NCBI GenBank assembly: GCA_037969075.1
Contig: JBBKWS010000040.1
Span: forward strand, 1 to 31,481
Reading direction: 5' to 3'
Length of the DNA: 31,481 nt
From: Bdellovibrionales bacterium
GTDB lineage: Bacteria; Bdellovibrionota; Bdellovibrionia; Bdellovibrionales; UBA840
Of this stretch, positions 28,011 to 31,481 are shown piece by piece (positions within the stretch are counted from its first letter, which is position 1; every line of letters starts with the position of its first letter). Below the pieces are notes generated by a model. It was not told where the DNA came from. It worked only from the letters and a program-made list of their open reading frames with translations, and did no database searches. The translations under genes were made by a program, and so were the position numbers.

Positions 28011-30239
28011 ATGGGAATAATGTTGCTAATTTTTTGGATAGTATCTCAACTTACTTTTGCTGCTCCTGCAGAAAGCATTATTCTAAAAAATGCTGACAAT
28101 ATGATACGAGATACTACAAACAATACACTTCAACTAAGCGGTAATGTTCAGGTGATCTACCAGCAGCAATATTTATCTTGCGAAAAGGCAATCATCTACC
28201 TTGATACTAAAACAATTGAGGCTATCAGTGACGTAGTACTTACAACACCAACGGTATACGCAGAAGCTGACAAGATGTTTATCAATTATCAAAATAACAC
28301 CGGTGTAATTTATAATGGTTATGTGCAGTCTGGCTCTGTCTCCTTTGAAGGAGAGTTAATTTATAAAACCGGCGAAAATGATTATGAAGCTATTAATTCG
28401 ACGTACTCTGCTTGTACCACTTGCCCCCCTGCTTGGAGTTTTACAGGCACAGAAATTAGAGCTACATTTGGCGGTTATGCTAGAATTAAAAATTCAATCT
28501 TACGAATTGCAAACATCCCTATATTTTGGCTGCCTTACATATTTGTACCATTAAAAAACGAAAGACAAACGGGTATACTCACCCCCAGTCACTCAAGGTC
28601 AAGTCGCGGTGGTAACGCACTATCCTTACCTCTTTATTGGGTTATAAGTGAGAATCAAGATGCAACTGTTACACTAACTACATCTGAGTTTAGAGGACTA
28701 AAGACAAATCTAGAGTACCGATATGCTTTGGCGCCCGGAAGCTCTGGGATATTAAATTATGCTTACTTACAAGATGAAACGTTCTCTGAATCAGAGAGAA
28801 TTTTAGCTACCTATGGACAGGATTTCAGAACAAGAGACAGATGGTTTTTATCTTATAAACACATTTACGAACTGCCAAATTACTACGAACACCGTATGGA
28901 TTTAAATTTGGCCAGTGATTTACAATATGCCTTTGATTTTTCTGAAGAGTTCCCCTTCTACCGAGAGCCCTCCATCACTAATCGAATGTCCCTGTCTAAA
29001 TACAATGAAAACCAACATCTAAGCGTCGATGCGATATTGCACCGTAACCAGTTAAAAACCGACCCTCTGGCCAACAATGAGGATGCTGTTCATAAAATGC
29101 CCGAAATACGCTGGAGCTTGAAGACGCAGAGAATAGAAGACTCAAACTTTTACTATAACCTTGAAACAAATTATGTGAATTACGCCCGTAGTAACTTTGC
29201 CTATGACGATATAAATAACGATGGCAAGTTTACTGAGGGACAAGATAAAATTCGCGCAGGACAAAGGCTCATTCTTAAACCCGAACTATATTATCCTTTT
29301 TCAATTGGCCCTTACTTGAACGTTCTACCTAGCGTATCTTATCAAGAAAATATTTATAAGTTCACTGATGCGATTGAAAGCAGCCCATTCTCTAGGTATC
29401 TGCAAACAAAGGTTTCTCTTAGATCTACCACCTCAAGAATTTATGACAGTGGTGATCCTAACGATGCAGCCTTTAAACACGAAATGATTCCATTTTTAAC
29501 ATTTGTAAAAACACCCTTCATTCAAAGAAGCGATGATACCTTTATTGGCCCAAAGGATTTAATTCCCTACTCGTCAGATCAAAGTGTAAACGATCAAGAT
29601 CCATTGCAATTTGATTTTAGAGATCGCCTTCCTCAAAGAGATGTTATCGAATTTGGTCTTAGACATGTATTAAGTCGACGAATCTATAACGATGGTACCC
29701 CGCAAATTAAAGAGCTTGCGGCCTGGTCCTTGTCACAAAAATACGACTTAAGGGAAGCAGATTCTAAGGATACCAAAAGGGAACCTTGGTCCAATATAAC
29801 AAGTGCTCTTGAGCTTTACTTTAATAAGTTTGAAGCTTTATCCACTGTTTATTATTACCCCTATCAAAACCATTTGAACTCATCCACTAGATTGCGGTTT
29901 TATCCTAATTCTAGAGATTACTTAGAGCTCGCGTACAACCAAGCTTTTGTAATCCGTAAAGGTGAACGTGTTGATAGCTCTGCCGAGTCACAAGATATAC
30001 TATTTTCTACTGTCCTTCGTTTCAAAAATGCAGACATAGCAGGCAGCACTGAATATTCTAATGTTACGCATAACTTTGAAAAATACACAGTAGGTATCCA
30101 ATTAAAGCCACCTGGAGATTGTTGGAACTTTTCAGTTGCCCAAACATTAAACTCGCAGGATAGAGTTACCTCAATTAAATTTGAATTTCTATTTGATGGC
30201 GTAAATGACGATAAGTTTAATCCTGAATCCTTAAACTAA
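28011..30239 (+). CDS. lptD: LPS-assembly protein LptD
   Basis: Signal peptide, OstA jelly-roll (AD......L.GNV), YSACTTCPPAW, IPIFWLPY...P...ERQTG.L.P motif, long beta-barrel, C-terminal DCW. Confidence 0.88.
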   Translation: MGIMLLIFWIVSQLTFAAPAESIILKNADNMIRDTTNNTLQLSGNVQVIYQQQYLSCEKAIIYLDTKTIEAISDVVLTTPTVYAEADKMFINYQNNTGVIYNGYVQSGSVSFEGELIYKTGENDYEAINSTYSACTTCPPAWSFTGTEIRATFGGYARIKNSILRIANIPIFWLPYIFVPLKNERQTGILTPSHSRSSRGGNALSLPLYWVISENQDATVTLTTSEFRGLKTNLEYRYALAPGSSGILNYAYLQDETFSESERILATYGQDFRTRDRWFLSYKHIYELPNYYEHRMDLNLASDLQYAFDFSEEFPFYREPSITNRMSLSKYNENQHLSVDAILHRNQLKTDPLANNEDAVHKMPEIRWSLKTQRIEDSNFYYNLETNYVNYARSNFAYDDINNDGKFTEGQDKIRAGQRLILKPELYYPFSIGPYLNVLPSVSYQENIYKFTDAIESSPFSRYLQTKVSLRSTTSRIYDSGDPNDAAFKHEMIPFLTFVKTPFIQRSDDTFIGPKDLIPYSSDQSVNDQDPLQFDFRDRLPQRDVIEFGLRHVLSRRIYNDGTPQIKELAAWSLSQKYDLREADSKDTKREPWSNITSALELYFNKFEALSTVYYYPYQNHLNSSTRLRFYPNSRDYLELAYNQAFVIRKGERVDSSAESQDILFSTVLRFKNADIAGSTEYSNVTHNFEKYTVGIQLKPPGDCWNFSVAQTLNSQDRVTSIKFEFLFDGVNDDKFNPESLN

Positions 30240-30607
30240 AAGTTATAAATCGTCATTTGTGAGATGAATCCGTCGATACCTTTATTACTTACAATGGGGG
30301 CGACAAAAAAAGATGGTGCACGCACTTCAGGCTCAGTACCCAGTTCTGGCTCTGGTTTGTTTTCATAAAATTGCGTCACATAGATTCCCAAGGCAATTCC
30401 AGCATAAAGACCAAGAGAGGCCCCTTTTGCAACTCGTTGTAAATCGTCCCCTGGATTATCTACAAATGCCAGTGATGCAGCACCCACTAAAGCACCGACC
30501 AATGTTCCATATGCAGCACTAGTTAAAAACTCTTTGGATTTATCATCCTCAGCCTTTAGGACTGTACTAAAAAATAAACCTACTAGTAAAATGGATATGA
30601 ACCTCAT
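30236..30607 (-). CDS. Small exported protein with glycine-zipper hairpin and C-terminal Phe
   Basis: Signal peptide (..VLKA/ED), GxxxGxxxG helices, tail SFFVAPIVSNKGIDGFISQMTIYNF. Confidence 0.75.
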   Translation of the reverse strand: MRFISILLVGLFFSTVLKAEDDKSKEFLTSAAYGTLVGALVGAASLAFVDNPGDDLQRVAKGASLGLYAGIALGIYVTQFYENKPEPELGTEPEVRAPSFFVAPIVSNKGIDGFISQMTIYNF

Positions 30608-30613
30608 ACTTCA

Positions 30614-30643
30614 AGTGTCTCTAGTGAACCCCTAAAACGTCAA
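30614..30643 (-). promoter_or_regulatory. Candidate sigma70 promoter, leaderless
   Basis: Minus strand TTGACG-N18-GACACT-N6-ATG 30607. Confidence 0.45.
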
Positions 30644-30811
30644 GGCACAATGTAATCAAAGACAAAAATCAGTGGCTGAGGTAAAACAAAAGAACCATGT
30701 GGGATGCGTTGCTCAGATAATTTAAATAGCATGCAGCTCATGCTCGACCAAGGACCGGCTCTATAAGGATTAGTTTTCAAAGACATACCATTCTCGTTAT
30801 TCTTTCACTAT

Positions 30812-31258
30812 ATGGATGAAAAGATAAAAACAGTCGAAAAAGTAACTAAGGGTACAATTTTAGTACTTGAGGATTCTGATCCCGCCAGAAATGTAGTCAC
30901 ACTATTTTTAGAAAAGAATAATTACAAAGTAATCGGCTTCAGTAATGGCGAAGCCGCATTAGAATATATTCAGCAGGAAGAAATTAGTGATTTAAAATTA
31001 ATATTGTCAGATATCATGATGCCTAAAGTTGATGGTTTTGAATTCATAAGAAAAATAAAAGAATTAGGAAAATTCGTAGGCATACCTATTTTAATTATGT
31101 CAGCCATGACAGAAAAAGAATCAGTAATTGAAGCCAAAAGCTTAGGAGTAACAGGTTATATTTTAAAACCTATAAGTATTAAAAAGTTAAGTGATGTTTT
31201 AAAAAAGCTTTTTCCAAATGAAACATTTAAAGATATTTCACAAAAGTTTAATGTGTGA
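30812..31258 (+). CDS. Stand-alone response regulator receiver (CheY-like)
   Basis: ILVLEDS, LILSDIMMP.VDG (phospho-Asp), IMSA and YILKP motifs; no output domain. Confidence 0.93.
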   Translation: MDEKIKTVEKVTKGTILVLEDSDPARNVVTLFLEKNNYKVIGFSNGEAALEYIQQEEISDLKLILSDIMMPKVDGFEFIRKIKELGKFVGIPILIMSAMTEKESVIEAKSLGVTGYILKPISIKKLSDVLKKLFPNETFKDISQKFNV

Positions 31259-31481
31259 ACCCAATAGATAAACAAAAAAGAATTGAATTCTATCTTAGCA
31301 AAATTGACAGTATACCCTCATTGCCAAATGTGGTTATAGAGTTTATAAAGCTTATAGACAACCCAATGGCATCAACCGGCCAAATTGAAGATCAACTCTC
31401 TAAAGATCAAGGATTAGCTTTGAAGGCATTGCGCCTAGCTAACTCTGCCTACTATGCAATCCCAGGAGGGGCTACATCATT
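31255..31481 (+). CDS. HDOD-domain protein, N-terminal part (3' truncated; absent from the ORF track)
   Basis: GTG 31255 overlaps the receiver stop (GTGA). My translation reads MNPIDKQKRIEFYLSKIDSIPSLPNVVIEFIKLIDNPMASTGQIEDQLSKDQGLALKALRLANSAYY, matching the HDOD P.LP...D..L....LRLANSAYY signature. Confidence 0.88.
   Translation, partial: MNPIDKQKRIEFYLSKIDSIPSLPNVVIEFIKLIDNPMASTGQIEDQLSKDQGLALKALRLANSAYYAIPGGATS

Noticed and set aside
1383..30522. Short antisense or nested ORFs in the track (e.g. 1383, 1396, 2249, 2914, 4059, 5951, 7602, 7933, 8154, 8833, 9908, 10071, 10524, 11333, 12163, 13088, 15892, 16741, 16779, 19023, 23257, 24390, 25483, 27121, 27790, 30313)
   Set aside because: They lie wholly or largely within well-supported genes on the opposite strand or another frame and show no motifs; shadow ORFs.
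30644..30790. Possible ncRNA or riboswitch in the divergent gap
   Set aside because: I found no convincing stems or known aptamer motifs by eye; an Rfam/Infernal scan would be decisive.
1..31481. CRISPR array, IS/prophage, defence island, tRNA/rRNA
   Set aside because: No spaced direct repeats, transposase/integrase/nuclease motifs or cloverleaf sequences were seen, and intergenic gaps are all under 300 nt.

Overview
AT-rich, very compact bacterial chromosomal segment. Gene content and style suggest Bdellovibrionota or a related lineage; this is an inference, not a search result. Core genes are rnc-era-der, sucA-sucB-lpdA followed by queE, pyk, rsmI and lptD. They are interleaved with signalling genes (CHASE2 class III nucleotide cyclase, cNMP-binding Crp-like protein, STAS protein, receiver protein, partial HDOD protein), redox/envelope genes (Tat-exported HiPIP, VKOR-DsbA fusion, TPR, FecR-like, double GYF_2) and coiled-coil hypotheticals. 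I saw no tRNA, rRNA, CRISPR array, transposase or prophage gene. The most notable observations are two apparent pseudo-enzymes (a truncated FabD-like protein lacking GHSxG behind a sigma54-like promoter, and a DsbA-like protein lacking CxxC), a QueE with a CX3CX11C motif coupled to the 2-oxoglutarate dehydrogenase operon, two sigma28-like boxes at identical leaderless spacing, CsrA-like ACGGAG hairpins on the RBS of two coiled-coil genes, and a long hairpin in the rnc leader. None of these demonstrates a new system; they are candidates to test.
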